A stretch of 63,414 nucleotides of DNA, the filler included, from Clostridiaceae bacterium (GTDB lineage: Bacteria; Bacillota; Clostridia; CAYPLH01; DUMO01), in assembly GCA_012839865.1 (NCBI GenBank). It is 6 parts of 5 records of this genome, joined end to end, with 100 filler letters (N's around TTAATTAATTAA, not from the genome) between each part and the next. Parts side by side here need not be neighbours in the genome. Positions count along the whole stretch, not along the records: positions 17,709 to 38,599 come from DUMO01000023.1; positions 38,700 to 57,773 come from DUMO01000024.1; 4 more parts are not named here. One strand, given 5' to 3'. The notes under the pieces are model-generated. The model saw only the letters and a list, made by a program, of their open reading frames with translations, was not told where the DNA came from and did not search any database. The translations under genes were made by a program, and so were the position numbers. How positions within the stretch are numbered: the first letter of the stretch is position 1; each line of letters begins with the position of its first letter. Positions 30,093-39,012 of the stretch are shown here, piece by piece.

Positions 30093-30965
30093 CTACACCG
30101 GCCAGGTTACCCTTCCATATATGCCGCAGGGCAGTACCAGGCCTGTGGAAGTAACAGGAATGCCCACTTCACCGCAATCAAAATTCCCGTATAGACCTGC
30201 TTTGGCCAGTGCCATCTTCAGAATATTGGACAAAACATAAGGCGAAAAACCTGTGGTGTAAGAATTAATCAGGAAAAAGACAGGTTTTGGCGAAAGCAGC
30301 TTTACGCATTCTTCTATCAAGCCATATAGCGATTCTTCAATCTTCCACACTTCTCCCTTGGGTCCTCTTCCATATGATGGCGGGTCCATTATAATACCGT
30401 CATAAGTATGTCCCCTTCTCTGTTCCCTCAATACAAACTTCAGCACATCATCCACTATCAACCTGACGGGTTTATCCTCAAGACCTGACGCCTTTAGGTT
30501 TTCTTTAGCCCACGAAACCATTCCTTTGGCCGCATCCACATGGCAGACCTGGGCTCCCGCCGAGGCTGCCGCTACAGTAGCCCCCCCGGTATAGGCAAAA
30601 AGGTTCAATACACTAACCTTTCTGTTTGCCTTGCTGATATTTTCAATAATCCATTTCCAGTTTACCGCCTGTTCCGGAAAAAGCCCCGTATGTTTGAAAT
30701 CAGTCGGGTGAACAATAAACCTCAACTTGCCATACCTTATAGTCCAGCTCCCCGGAAGCTCCCTTTTGTATTCCCAGTGACCGCCTCCGCTGCTGCTTCG
30801 AATATATCTGGCATCAGCTTTTTTCCAGTTTTCTGTTTCACGGGCAATAGGCCAGATAACCTGGGGGTCGGGTCTTCTTAAAACCACATTCCCCCAGCGT
30901 TCAAGCTTCTCTCCCCCGCCTGTATCAATAAGCTCATAGTCTTTCCAATCATCAGCCAAAAGCAT
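30093..30965 (-). CDS. Class I SAM-dependent methyltransferase (RlmI-like MTase domain only)
   Basis: KHTGLFPEQ, VLNLFAYTGG, MDPPSYG. Confidence 0.85.
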   Translation of the reverse strand: MLLADDWKDYELIDTGGGEKLERWGNVVLRRPDPQVIWPIARETENWKKADARYIRSSSGGGHWEYKRELPGSWTIRYGKLRFIVHPTDFKHTGLFPEQAVNWKWIIENISKANRKVSVLNLFAYTGGATVAAASAGAQVCHVDAAKGMVSWAKENLKASGLEDKPVRLIVDDVLKFVLREQRRGHTYDGIIMDPPSYGRGPKGEVWKIEESLYGLIEECVKLLSPKPVFFLINSYTTGFSPYVLSNILKMALAKAGLYGNFDCGEVGIPVTSTGLVLPCGIYGRVTWPV

Positions 30966-31210
30966 TAAAACCGCGCACCACCTGTCGTGCTATTTTTCGA
31001 GAACTGCACCCGCCTGTTCAAGGATCCAAAATTTATACAGGTCAACAGCTTTTAATATTTATTATATCCTTATTTTAGTGTATCCTGAAGTTTATTTTTG
31101 CCGCCCTGCAATGGGGATGATTTTTATTAAAAGTTGTGGCAGTTTACACTTAAAAAACATTTCTGCCTGTATAAAGATAAAACCCAACCGCCATTATTTG
31201 GATTGCAGTC

Positions 31211-32488
31211 TTAAAATCTGCTTCTGTCGGCCCACAATCCGAGGGCAGGATTGCTAATATAAAATATCTCTTCTCCGTTTTCGAGGGTGTTGAATCCATC
31301 CTTGAGCTTTTCAGGATTATACAGTTTCAAAGCTTCACCAAGGGGCATGTAATTAAAATTAGCCTTCTCCACTTCCTCTTTGGTAAGCTTGTCAACAGCG
31401 TAGGTTATACTGAACCTGCCGTCTGACGAGCCATGTATCAAATGAGCGGCAACGGATAAGTTGTTTTTAAGATCATCATTTTCCTTTACAAGCTCAAGAA
31501 CCTTCTTCCGCCCTACATATCCATACTTCCTGATAAGCTTGTCATTTTCATCGTCTTCACCGAATTTGCGCACTCCGGGTGCAAGGACAATAAGCTCGCC
31601 GCCGTCGGCAATTGCCATCCTGGTGCGGTAAATTGATTTATTGCCCAGCCAGGTGCTCTTGAACTCCTTTTCGTCAAGATTTACAACAACTTTTTTAAGA
31701 GGCTTTTCCACAAATGTGAGGTTCTTTTCCTGGCTTAGTTTGACTGCTTCCTCAAAAAGGCTTCTTTCACGGCCTATGAACAATCCATGCATGTTTATTA
31801 CTCCAAAGGGAGCAGTGGTAACTGTCAAAACATACATTAAAGGAATATCCTTCAAATACTTCTCTTCAGCGTAGTCAAATACTTTCCGGACAGGTGAATG
31901 GTCTTTGCCCATAATCCTTTCCATTCCGTAAAACGCCCCAAGCATATGGGATGCATTAATCATGTTGCTCCCGCCGCAGCCGACAAAAATATTCTTGCCA
32001 TAATTGGCCATTCCGACAACTTCGTGGGGAACTACCTGTCCAATTGAAATGATAAGGTCATAAGACTTGTCTATCAGAAGCTTGTTTACTTCTACATCAA
32101 CCTTCTCATCCACAAGGCCTTCCGATACTTCCTTTACAAACTCCGCTGGAACCTCCCCCAGCTTTACAACATCTGTTTTCCAGTTGTGGCTGATAAAGCA
32201 CTCATAGGGCACGCCATCTCCAAACATTTCAGTAACTTCAGATTTGCTCATAGGTTCATGGGTGCCCAAAGCAGGCAATATGTCAATCTTGCAGGAGTCT
32301 TTCAGCATGTTGTAGTACATGGCTGTAATCATGCCTGCGCCGGAATGAAACCTTGTAAAATCCGGGGGTATCAAAAGTACCTTTTTCAGGCTGTCCTTTT
32401 TATCTTTTATGGATTCCTGAAGGCACTCAAAAACTTCACTGTCCTTTAATCCCTTTGGCTCTGAAGCTGTTTTTATAATCTTAACCAT
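31211..32488 (-). CDS. LarA-superfamily (nickel-pincer) racemase/epimerase
   Basis: PPDFTR, ALGTH, PHEVVGMANYGK and H at K+16 match the spacing of LarA H108/H174/K184/H200. Confidence 0.8.
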   Translation of the reverse strand: MVKIIKTASEPKGLKDSEVFECLQESIKDKKDSLKKVLLIPPDFTRFHSGAGMITAMYYNMLKDSCKIDILPALGTHEPMSKSEVTEMFGDGVPYECFISHNWKTDVVKLGEVPAEFVKEVSEGLVDEKVDVEVNKLLIDKSYDLIISIGQVVPHEVVGMANYGKNIFVGCGGSNMINASHMLGAFYGMERIMGKDHSPVRKVFDYAEEKYLKDIPLMYVLTVTTAPFGVINMHGLFIGRERSLFEEAVKLSQEKNLTFVEKPLKKVVVNLDEKEFKSTWLGNKSIYRTRMAIADGGELIVLAPGVRKFGEDDENDKLIRKYGYVGRKKVLELVKENDDLKNNLSVAAHLIHGSSDGRFSITYAVDKLTKEEVEKANFNYMPLGEALKLYNPEKLKDGFNTLENGEEIFYISNPALGLWADRSRF

Positions 32489-32645
32489 TCCCAAATCTCC
32501 TTCTTAACGCAATTTTTTGTCTTCCAGTTAAATTTATATAAATTAACACTGCATGCATTAGAAAAATGCTTACAATGAAATATACCTGTTTTTATGCATG
32601 TCTAAACGGATTATCAAAAAAGCCTGCTAAAAGCATCTAACAACC

Positions 32646-32680
32646 GGGACAATGGTACAAGGTACCTGTCCTCCTGTCCC
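32646..32680. repeat. REP-like palindrome copy
   Basis: GGGACAATGGTACAAGGTACCTGTCCTCCTGTCCC. Confidence 0.55.
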
Positions 32681-32847
32681 CACAGGCAAATTTCTGTTAA
32701 AAGCAACCGATGGGTTAAAGGCAGCTAAATACATGTCAAAAGGTTTTAATTTCATATACCTGACGCCCTTAACCCATCAATTTACATATGCCGCTATTTA
32801 CTTTATCCTAACCTTTGAACGCTCCCGGAGCACCTCAGCCCCATTAC

Positions 32848-33873
32848 TTATCTTTGAACTCTTCCTGAAGCGTCCCCACCCATAAGTTTTTCAACCTCAG
32901 ATACGGAAACACGGTTGAAATCGCCTATGATGGAATGTTTGAGACAGCTTGCGGCAACTGCAAATTCGAGAGCCTTCTTCTTGCAGTCATATTTGTTGAG
33001 TCCGTAAATAAGACCTGCTGCAAATGAATCGCCGCCACCTACACGGTCAACTATATCGGTAATCTGATATTTCTTGCTGAGATAGAATTCATTGCCGTCA
33101 TAGAGACATGCAGACCAGTCATTATGGCTTGCACTCTTGCTCTCTCTTAGGGTAATGGCTATAGCCTTCATATTGGGGAATGTCTCCATAACTTTCTTTG
33201 TAAGTGCCTTGTACTGTTCAATATTAAGCTCGCCGCTTTCAACAGCCACATCCACCTTAATGCCCAGGGATTTCTGGCAGTCTTCCTCATTTGCCACACC
33301 AATATCAACAAACTTAACCAGTTCAGTCATTACTTCAACGGCGGTTTTCCCATACTTCCAGAGTTTTGCACGATAGTTGAAGTCGCATGATACGGTCAAA
33401 CCTTTTTTCTTTGCAGCTTTAACAGCTTCCAGGGACAACTCTGCAGCAGAAGCGCTTATTGCAGGAGTTATTCCTGTAATATGGAACCAGTCCGCACCGT
33501 CAAAAACCTTATCCCAGTCAATGGACCCCGGCTTTGCGAGTGCAATTGCTGAATTGTCACGGTCATAAATAACCTTTGAAGCGCGCTGGTTGGCACCGGA
33601 TTCAAGGTAGTAAACGCCCATTCTTCCTGAACCCCTGACTATCTTGGAGGTGTCCACTCCGAACCTTCTGAGCTCTGCTATGCAGCTGTCAGCTATATCA
33701 TTGGAAGGAAGCACAGTAACAAAGGCTGCATCAACTCCGAAATTTGCGAGTGAAACTGCAACATTGGCCTCACCGCCCCCAAAAGTAGCTTCCAGCAATG
33801 GTGATTGGAATAAACGTTCAAAACCAAGTGATCTTAAACGAAGCATTATTTCGCCAAATGTAATTACTTTCAT
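32848..33873 (-). CDS. kdgK: 2-keto-3-deoxygluconate kinase (PfkB)
   Basis: [25 protein letters not shown]; next to eda. Confidence 0.9.
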   Translation of the reverse strand: MKVITFGEIMLRLRSLGFERLFQSPLLEATFGGGEANVAVSLANFGVDAAFVTVLPSNDIADSCIAELRRFGVDTSKIVRGSGRMGVYYLESGANQRASKVIYDRDNSAIALAKPGSIDWDKVFDGADWFHITGITPAISASAAELSLEAVKAAKKKGLTVSCDFNYRAKLWKYGKTAVEVMTELVKFVDIGVANEEDCQKSLGIKVDVAVESGELNIEQYKALTKKVMETFPNMKAIAITLRESKSASHNDWSACLYDGNEFYLSKKYQITDIVDRVGGGDSFAAGLIYGLNKYDCKKKALEFAVAASCLKHSIIGDFNRVSVSEVEKLMGGDASGRVQR

Positions 33874-33906
33874 TTTATTTGACTCCTTTCAAATTTTACT
33901 TTTTAA

Positions 33907-34866
33907 CTATTTTTGAAGAAGATGTATTGCAAATCCCCCTACTTCTTCTTTCAGGTAAACTGCAATCATGGCGCCGTTCTTTTCCCTGGCGGTGCTCATG
34001 TCAACCTCAAATCCGTTTCTTTCAAGGTATGCAATGGCTCTGTTAATATTGTTTGTGCGAATAGCAATATGTCCATTGGTTCCAAGACCTTTGCTCTTGT
34101 TAACTTCAATACCGGTACCGGCAAAGTTGGAGCTGTTGCCTTCCTTAAGCGGGAAAGCAAACATGTTCGAGTATGTTTTAGCTATGGATAATGCGCTTTC
34201 TGCATTTTCAGCATTGATGCCTATATGGGCCATTTCAAACCCAAGCATTGTATTGACGGCTTCTCTTGTAAGAGCTGTAATTTTTTCAAATTCGCCGTTT
34301 GCAATCAAGTCGTCTTTAACCATCCAGCTTCCGCCACATGCCAACACTTTGTTGAACGACAGGTATTCATTTACATTCTGGGCATTGATTCCACCGGTCG
34401 GGATGAATTTCATCATTCCATAAGGTGCGCTTATAGCCTTAAGGGCAGCCAGTCCGCCAAATGCTTCCGCAGGGAAGAACTTGACTACTTCAAGACCAAA
34501 CCCAAGGGCCATTTCAATATCGGTAGGATTGCTTACACCAGGTGTAATAGGAATATCGTTGTCTACGCAGTATTTTACAACTTCAGGATTGAAACCGGGA
34601 CTTACAATGAACTTCGCTCCTGCGTTAACCGCCTTCTTTACCTGATCCACGCTGAGAACGGTGCCTGCACCAACCAGAATTTCAGGAAGCTCGGCAGTCA
34701 AATTTTTAATTGCCTGTTCTGCGGCAGCTGTACGGAAGGTAATCTCGGCAACAGGAAGTCCTCCGTCAATAAGCGCTTTTCCAAGGGGTACTGCATCCTT
34801 GGCGTCATTGATTTTTACAACTGGAACTATTCCTAATTCCCCTATTTTCTTTAAAACATAATTCAC
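33907..34866 (-). CDS. eda: KDPG/KHG aldolase with ~110-aa C-terminal extension
   Basis: EITFRT, VGAGTV, VKFFPAE, PTGG; extra C-terminal beta-alpha domain. Confidence 0.9.
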   Translation of the reverse strand: MNYVLKKIGELGIVPVVKINDAKDAVPLGKALIDGGLPVAEITFRTAAAEQAIKNLTAELPEILVGAGTVLSVDQVKKAVNAGAKFIVSPGFNPEVVKYCVDNDIPITPGVSNPTDIEMALGFGLEVVKFFPAEAFGGLAALKAISAPYGMMKFIPTGGINAQNVNEYLSFNKVLACGGSWMVKDDLIANGEFEKITALTREAVNTMLGFEMAHIGINAENAESALSIAKTYSNMFAFPLKEGNSSNFAGTGIEVNKSKGLGTNGHIAIRTNNINRAIAYLERNGFEVDMSTAREKNGAMIAVYLKEEVGGFAIHLLQK

Positions 34867-35082
34867 TCTTACCACTCCTTCTTTTGGAATAAATGAGATT
34901 GCTCATTTTGTATTTTAATTTAATTTATACTCGTCAGATCTTTACATTAAATTCGGTTTAGGCTGCGGTGCCGGGTCTTCAGAAAATAATTCGTCCTGGG
35001 CAATCTTCCCCGGCAAATGCTTTTTGCGTTAAGAATCAAAAGAGCTTGCAGCTCTACCTGTTTACCTTCACCGTTAAAGGCC

Positions 35083-36051
35083 TTAGCTCAACTTATTCAC
35101 AGGATAATTCGGTTTCCCGCCGGTCAAAACCGCCTTTATATTTTCTGCGGCTTTTGTTTTCAGTTCAATCATGGAATCCTCGCTGTACCAGCCGGCATGG
35201 TCGGTCAGCACGCAGTTTTCAATTGTCATGAAGGGGCTGTTCTTATCTAGCGGTTCTTTGGTATGAACATCAAGACCGGCACTGTTGATCTTGCCAGTTG
35301 TGAGAGCCTCGATTAAAGCCTGTTCGTCAATGATGGGTCCTCTTGAAGTATTGACCAGAATAGCAGTAGGCTTCATCAAATCAAATGCTTTCTTGTCAAT
35401 AATTCCCCGGGTCTTTTCATTCAAAGGCATGTGTATTGATATGAAATCCGCTTCTTTTAAAGCAGTCTCCCAGTCAGCCTTTTCTGCTCCCATTTCTTTA
35501 ATAGCCTTTTCATCCAGGAACGGGTCATACACTAAAACCCTGGAGAAATTCAAACCTTTTATTTTTCTGTACAGGCAGCGTCCAATCATTCCAAATCCGA
35601 GGAATGCGAAAGTCTTTCCTGCAATACGGTAAATCGGGTCCTTACTGCCAATGTTCCATTCACCGTTTCTTACCTGTCTGTCTCTTCTGGCTACTTTTCT
35701 GGCACATGCCATTATAAGTGCAAGGGCATGGTCTGAAACTTCCTCGGCGCAATAATCGGTAACATTTGAAACCCATATTCCCTTTTGGGTGCAAGCCTTT
35801 ACATCCACATTATCATAACCTACACCATATCTTGCAATTATCTTGCATTTTTCAAGCTTGTCAATTACTTCGGCTGGCATCGGTGCAAGGTTGCAAAGAA
35901 CACCATCAGCATCCTTGCAGGCTTCTGCGACCTCTTCGGGTGTTGAGCAATTCTTGACAATTAATTCGGCATCAATGGACGATAATACTTTCTTTTCCTG
36001 TTCATACTGATTATAGCGGTCATCCGTTACTACAACTTTATACTTTGCCAT
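35083..36051 (-). CDS. D-2-hydroxyacid dehydrogenase (NAD-dependent)
   Basis: GVGYDNVD, GFGMIG, VNTSRG, GLDV, TDHAGW. Confidence 0.88.
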   Translation of the reverse strand: MAKYKVVVTDDRYNQYEQEKKVLSSIDAELIVKNCSTPEEVAEACKDADGVLCNLAPMPAEVIDKLEKCKIIARYGVGYDNVDVKACTQKGIWVSNVTDYCAEEVSDHALALIMACARKVARRDRQVRNGEWNIGSKDPIYRIAGKTFAFLGFGMIGRCLYRKIKGLNFSRVLVYDPFLDEKAIKEMGAEKADWETALKEADFISIHMPLNEKTRGIIDKKAFDLMKPTAILVNTSRGPIIDEQALIEALTTGKINSAGLDVHTKEPLDKNSPFMTIENCVLTDHAGWYSEDSMIELKTKAAENIKAVLTGGKPNYPVNKLS

Positions 36052-36090
36052 TTAAAATACCTCCTGTTTTAAATATAAATTTTCATATGT

Positions 36091-37284
36091 TCATTCAACT
36101 TTTGATAATCGGTCAAATATTATTTTACCCTGTACAATAGTCATCTTAACATTAATATTATTGTCGAATATGACAATGTCGGCATCCTTTCCGGGTACAA
36201 TGCTTCCTTTTGAATTTCCAAGCCCTGCAATTCTGGCAGGAGTACTTGTCATCATCCTGACTGCGTCAATAAGCGGAACATCAGCCAGGTTGACCATATT
36301 GCGCACCAACCTGTCACAAGTGGCTACACTTCCTGCAAAGGACTTCCTGTCGGGCAGCTTTGCCACACCGTCCTCGATAATAACCCTTTGCCCGTCCTCA
36401 AGGCTTCCCAAAATACTCTCGCCTTCAAGCTGGCCTGCCGCCCTCATGGAATCAGTAATCAGGGCTATATGCTCAGGACCTTTTATTTTATAAATCATTT
36501 TCAAAAGGCTTGCCGGCAAATGGCAACCATCGGCAATTATCTCCACGGTCATCTCATCTATCAGGTAAGCACTTTCAATAACACCTGCATACCTGAAAGC
36601 ATTGATTCTTCTTACCCCGGACATTCCGGAATACAGATGTGTCATATGTGTGAATCCATATTCGAAAGCTTCCAGCACCTGCTCATAGACGGCATCCGAA
36701 TGGGCTACCGAAGGAAGAATGCCCCTATCCCTCAAGAATGCGCCAAACTCCAAAGCTCCGTCAAGCTCAGGAGCAGCACTCCATCTGAATATATCCTTTG
36801 ACCATGTTACAACTTCCTTATATTCTTTTGGGTCGGGATTTTTTATATATCTTGGATCCTGGGCACCCCTCTGCTCCATCGAAAAATAAGGGCCCTCCAG
36901 ATGAAGACCGATAAACGATGCCCCCATGCTGTCTATTTTCTTTGCCTTCTCATAAACTTCAAATGTCCTCTTCAGTTCCTCCATATTGCTGGCGGCTGTG
37001 GTGGGTGAAAGGGCTGTCGTACCATGCTGCGCATGTTTTTCAGCAGCTCCGATAAAAGCCTCCACTGTGGAATCCAAAAAGTCATGGCCGCCGCCCCCGT
37101 GGGTATGTATATCAATAAAGCCGGGCGCAATATAGTTGCCTTTTGCATCTAAAACAGTGTAATCCGGTGTATCTTCGTTCTTGTCACCTACAGCTTTAAT
37201 CCTGCCGCCATCGATAAGTACTGTTCCGTCATTTATGATTCTGTACGGAGTCAATACTTTGCCGTTAATGATTTTAATTTTCAT
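36091..37284 (-). CDS. nagA: N-acetylhexosamine-phosphate deacetylase family amidohydrolase
   Basis: PGFIDIHTHG, LHLEGPY, AHSDA, THLYSGM, IADGCH, ITDSM. Confidence 0.85.
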   Translation of the reverse strand: MKIKIINGKVLTPYRIINDGTVLIDGGRIKAVGDKNEDTPDYTVLDAKGNYIAPGFIDIHTHGGGGHDFLDSTVEAFIGAAEKHAQHGTTALSPTTAASNMEELKRTFEVYEKAKKIDSMGASFIGLHLEGPYFSMEQRGAQDPRYIKNPDPKEYKEVVTWSKDIFRWSAAPELDGALEFGAFLRDRGILPSVAHSDAVYEQVLEAFEYGFTHMTHLYSGMSGVRRINAFRYAGVIESAYLIDEMTVEIIADGCHLPASLLKMIYKIKGPEHIALITDSMRAAGQLEGESILGSLEDGQRVIIEDGVAKLPDRKSFAGSVATCDRLVRNMVNLADVPLIDAVRMMTSTPARIAGLGNSKGSIVPGKDADIVIFDNNINVKMTIVQGKIIFDRLSKVE

Positions 37285-37324
37285 AATTTCATCTCCCATC
37301 AGATATTATTTATAACCAAAACCG

Positions 37325-38383
37325 TCAAACCAATTCTTTCACTGATTTTCTTTCGACCAAGGAAGGCTCCAAAGTTATTGAAACCTCCTGGGAACCTTTG
37401 TCTTCCATCAAATCCAGCAAAGTCTTGCATGCAAGTTTGCCTGTTTCAAAGGAGGGCTGGTTTATTGTTGTCAGGGGCGGGTTTATCATGGATGAAATTT
37501 CAATATTGTCGAATCCCACCACTGATACATCATTAGGTATATTTACACCATTATTCCAAAGTTCCCTTATAACTCCGAAAGCCGTCATGTCGTTAACAGC
37601 AAAAATCGCCGTGGGTCTTTCCTCAAGTTGCAAAAAACTTGCCGCCAGCTTTCTTCCGTTTTCAAATTCGTAGTTCACATTTTCATATTCCTCTTCACTG
37701 GAGGAAGCAATAATATTTCTTTCATTGAAGGGTAATCCATGCTTAAGGAGAGCAAGCTTGTAGCCTTCCAGCGTTTCCAGCCTGCTTTTCCTTGTAAGTG
37801 GTGAGGTTGCAAATGCAATATTTCGATGCCCCTTTTTTATCAGGTATTCAACCGCCAGCATACCGCCCTTCACAAAGTCGAACCCTACTTTGCTGCACTT
37901 AAGCCCTTTAATATTCTGGTCAAATGCAACAACTTTTACGTCATTGCCTATGATTTCTTTAAGAGAAATATGATTTGCATCAATAGAAGAAATAATTATG
38001 CCTTTAACCTGTTTTTGAACCAGTGAAGTAATGTATTTCTTTTCTGTCTCCGGGTCCCTGAAGGAATTGCACAAAAGTATGCCATAACCCCGCCTGCGGG
38101 CTTCCAGCTCAATTCCCAAGACAACCTGAGGGTAAAACGGATTTGATATTGTGGGAATAATCACACCTATGTCCCTTGATTCACTCTTTTTCAGCATTCT
38201 GCCCAGGGCATTGGGTGAATAATTCAGCTTCTCTGCCGTATCCAGAATTTTTTTCCTCAGCTCTTCCTTGACAGGATACCCGCTGTTGCTAAGTACTCTG
38301 GACACAGTTGCTGTAGATGTGCCGGCCTCTTTCGCTATATCGTATATGGTGATTCTTTTTCTTGTCTCAATATTTTTGTCCAT
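37325..38383 (-). CDS. LacI-family transcriptional regulator
   Basis: TIYDIAKEAGTSTATVSRVL, YSPNALGR, VSVVGFDN; ATG at 38383. Confidence 0.93.
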   Translation of the reverse strand: MDKNIETRKRITIYDIAKEAGTSTATVSRVLSNSGYPVKEELRKKILDTAEKLNYSPNALGRMLKKSESRDIGVIIPTISNPFYPQVVLGIELEARRRGYGILLCNSFRDPETEKKYITSLVQKQVKGIIISSIDANHISLKEIIGNDVKVVAFDQNIKGLKCSKVGFDFVKGGMLAVEYLIKKGHRNIAFATSPLTRKSRLETLEGYKLALLKHGLPFNERNIIASSSEEEYENVNYEFENGRKLAASFLQLEERPTAIFAVNDMTAFGVIRELWNNGVNIPNDVSVVGFDNIEISSMINPPLTTINQPSFETGKLACKTLLDLMEDKGSQEVSITLEPSLVERKSVKELV

Positions 38384-38412
38384 ATTTTCCTTCACCAAAA
38401 GGCAGTAACCAT

Positions 38413-38430
38413 ATAGTAATCGTTTACTAT
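38413..38430. promoter_or_regulatory. LacI-type operator palindrome
   Basis: ATAGTAAtCGtTTACTAT with a central CG, 30 nt upstream of the lacI-family start. Confidence 0.65.
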
Positions 38431-38478
38431 TATAGTTTACTATAAGTACGAAATATTTGCAAGACCCGTCTTTAAGTT

Positions 38479-38599
38479 GAGTCCATATAATGGTGTAAAA
38501 ATGGTTTTCTGAAAAAATAGGAGAGCCATTAACAAATTCCTCAGTTAGAATAGAAGTTGGACAAACCAAAATTCTAAGAGGAGGAATTTGAATGGCTCA
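38479..38599 (+). mobile_element. Probable insertion-sequence left end (IS256-like) with transposase start, truncated by gap
   Basis: GAGTCCATATAATGGTGTAAAA end-like sequence. AGGAGG RBS and ATGGCTCA at 38592 are sequestered by IR GAGCCATT-aa-CAAATTCCTC / GAGGAATTTG-AATGGCTC. Confidence 0.5.
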
Positions 38600-38699
38600 N
38601 NNNNNNNNNNNNNNNNNNNNNNNNNNNNNNNNNNNNNNNNNNNTTAATTAATTAANNNNNNNNNNNNNNNNNNNNNNNNNNNNNNNNNNNNNNNNNNNN
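38600..38699. other. Assembly spacer
   Basis: N/TTAATTAATTAA/N. Confidence 0.99.
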
Positions 38700-38832
38700 T
38701 ATAACTTATGGTTGTATTTATGGTTTTGACTATGAATGATTCAAAAACTTACACATGGTAAAGTTTCGTACCGAAACCCGGCTTTCATCTCCCCATTCAA
38801 ATGCGGAGGATTCCCGCCGGATTTACTAAAGT

Positions 38833-38916
38833 AAATGAGATGTGTGCAGAAACATAACATTGGCCTTATTTTGTTAGAAAACCAGGAGAGCTGAAGGCAA
38901 AAATGCGTGAAAAAAA
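38833..38916 (+). mobile_element. MITE-like element, truncated copy
   Basis: AAATGAGATGTGTGCAGAAA...TTATTTTGTTAGAAAACCAGG.GAGCTGAAGGCAAAAATGCGTGAAAAAA matches the left half of the 57165-57374 copy. Confidence 0.7.
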
Positions 38917-39012
38917 CCCCCGCATCAAAAAAGCCGGATTGCTCCGGCTTGTATTGATAAGGGGTCTGCCTTCAGGCTAAAATCCTTTCAGGCAGTCCCT
39001 CTTGTATTTTAA

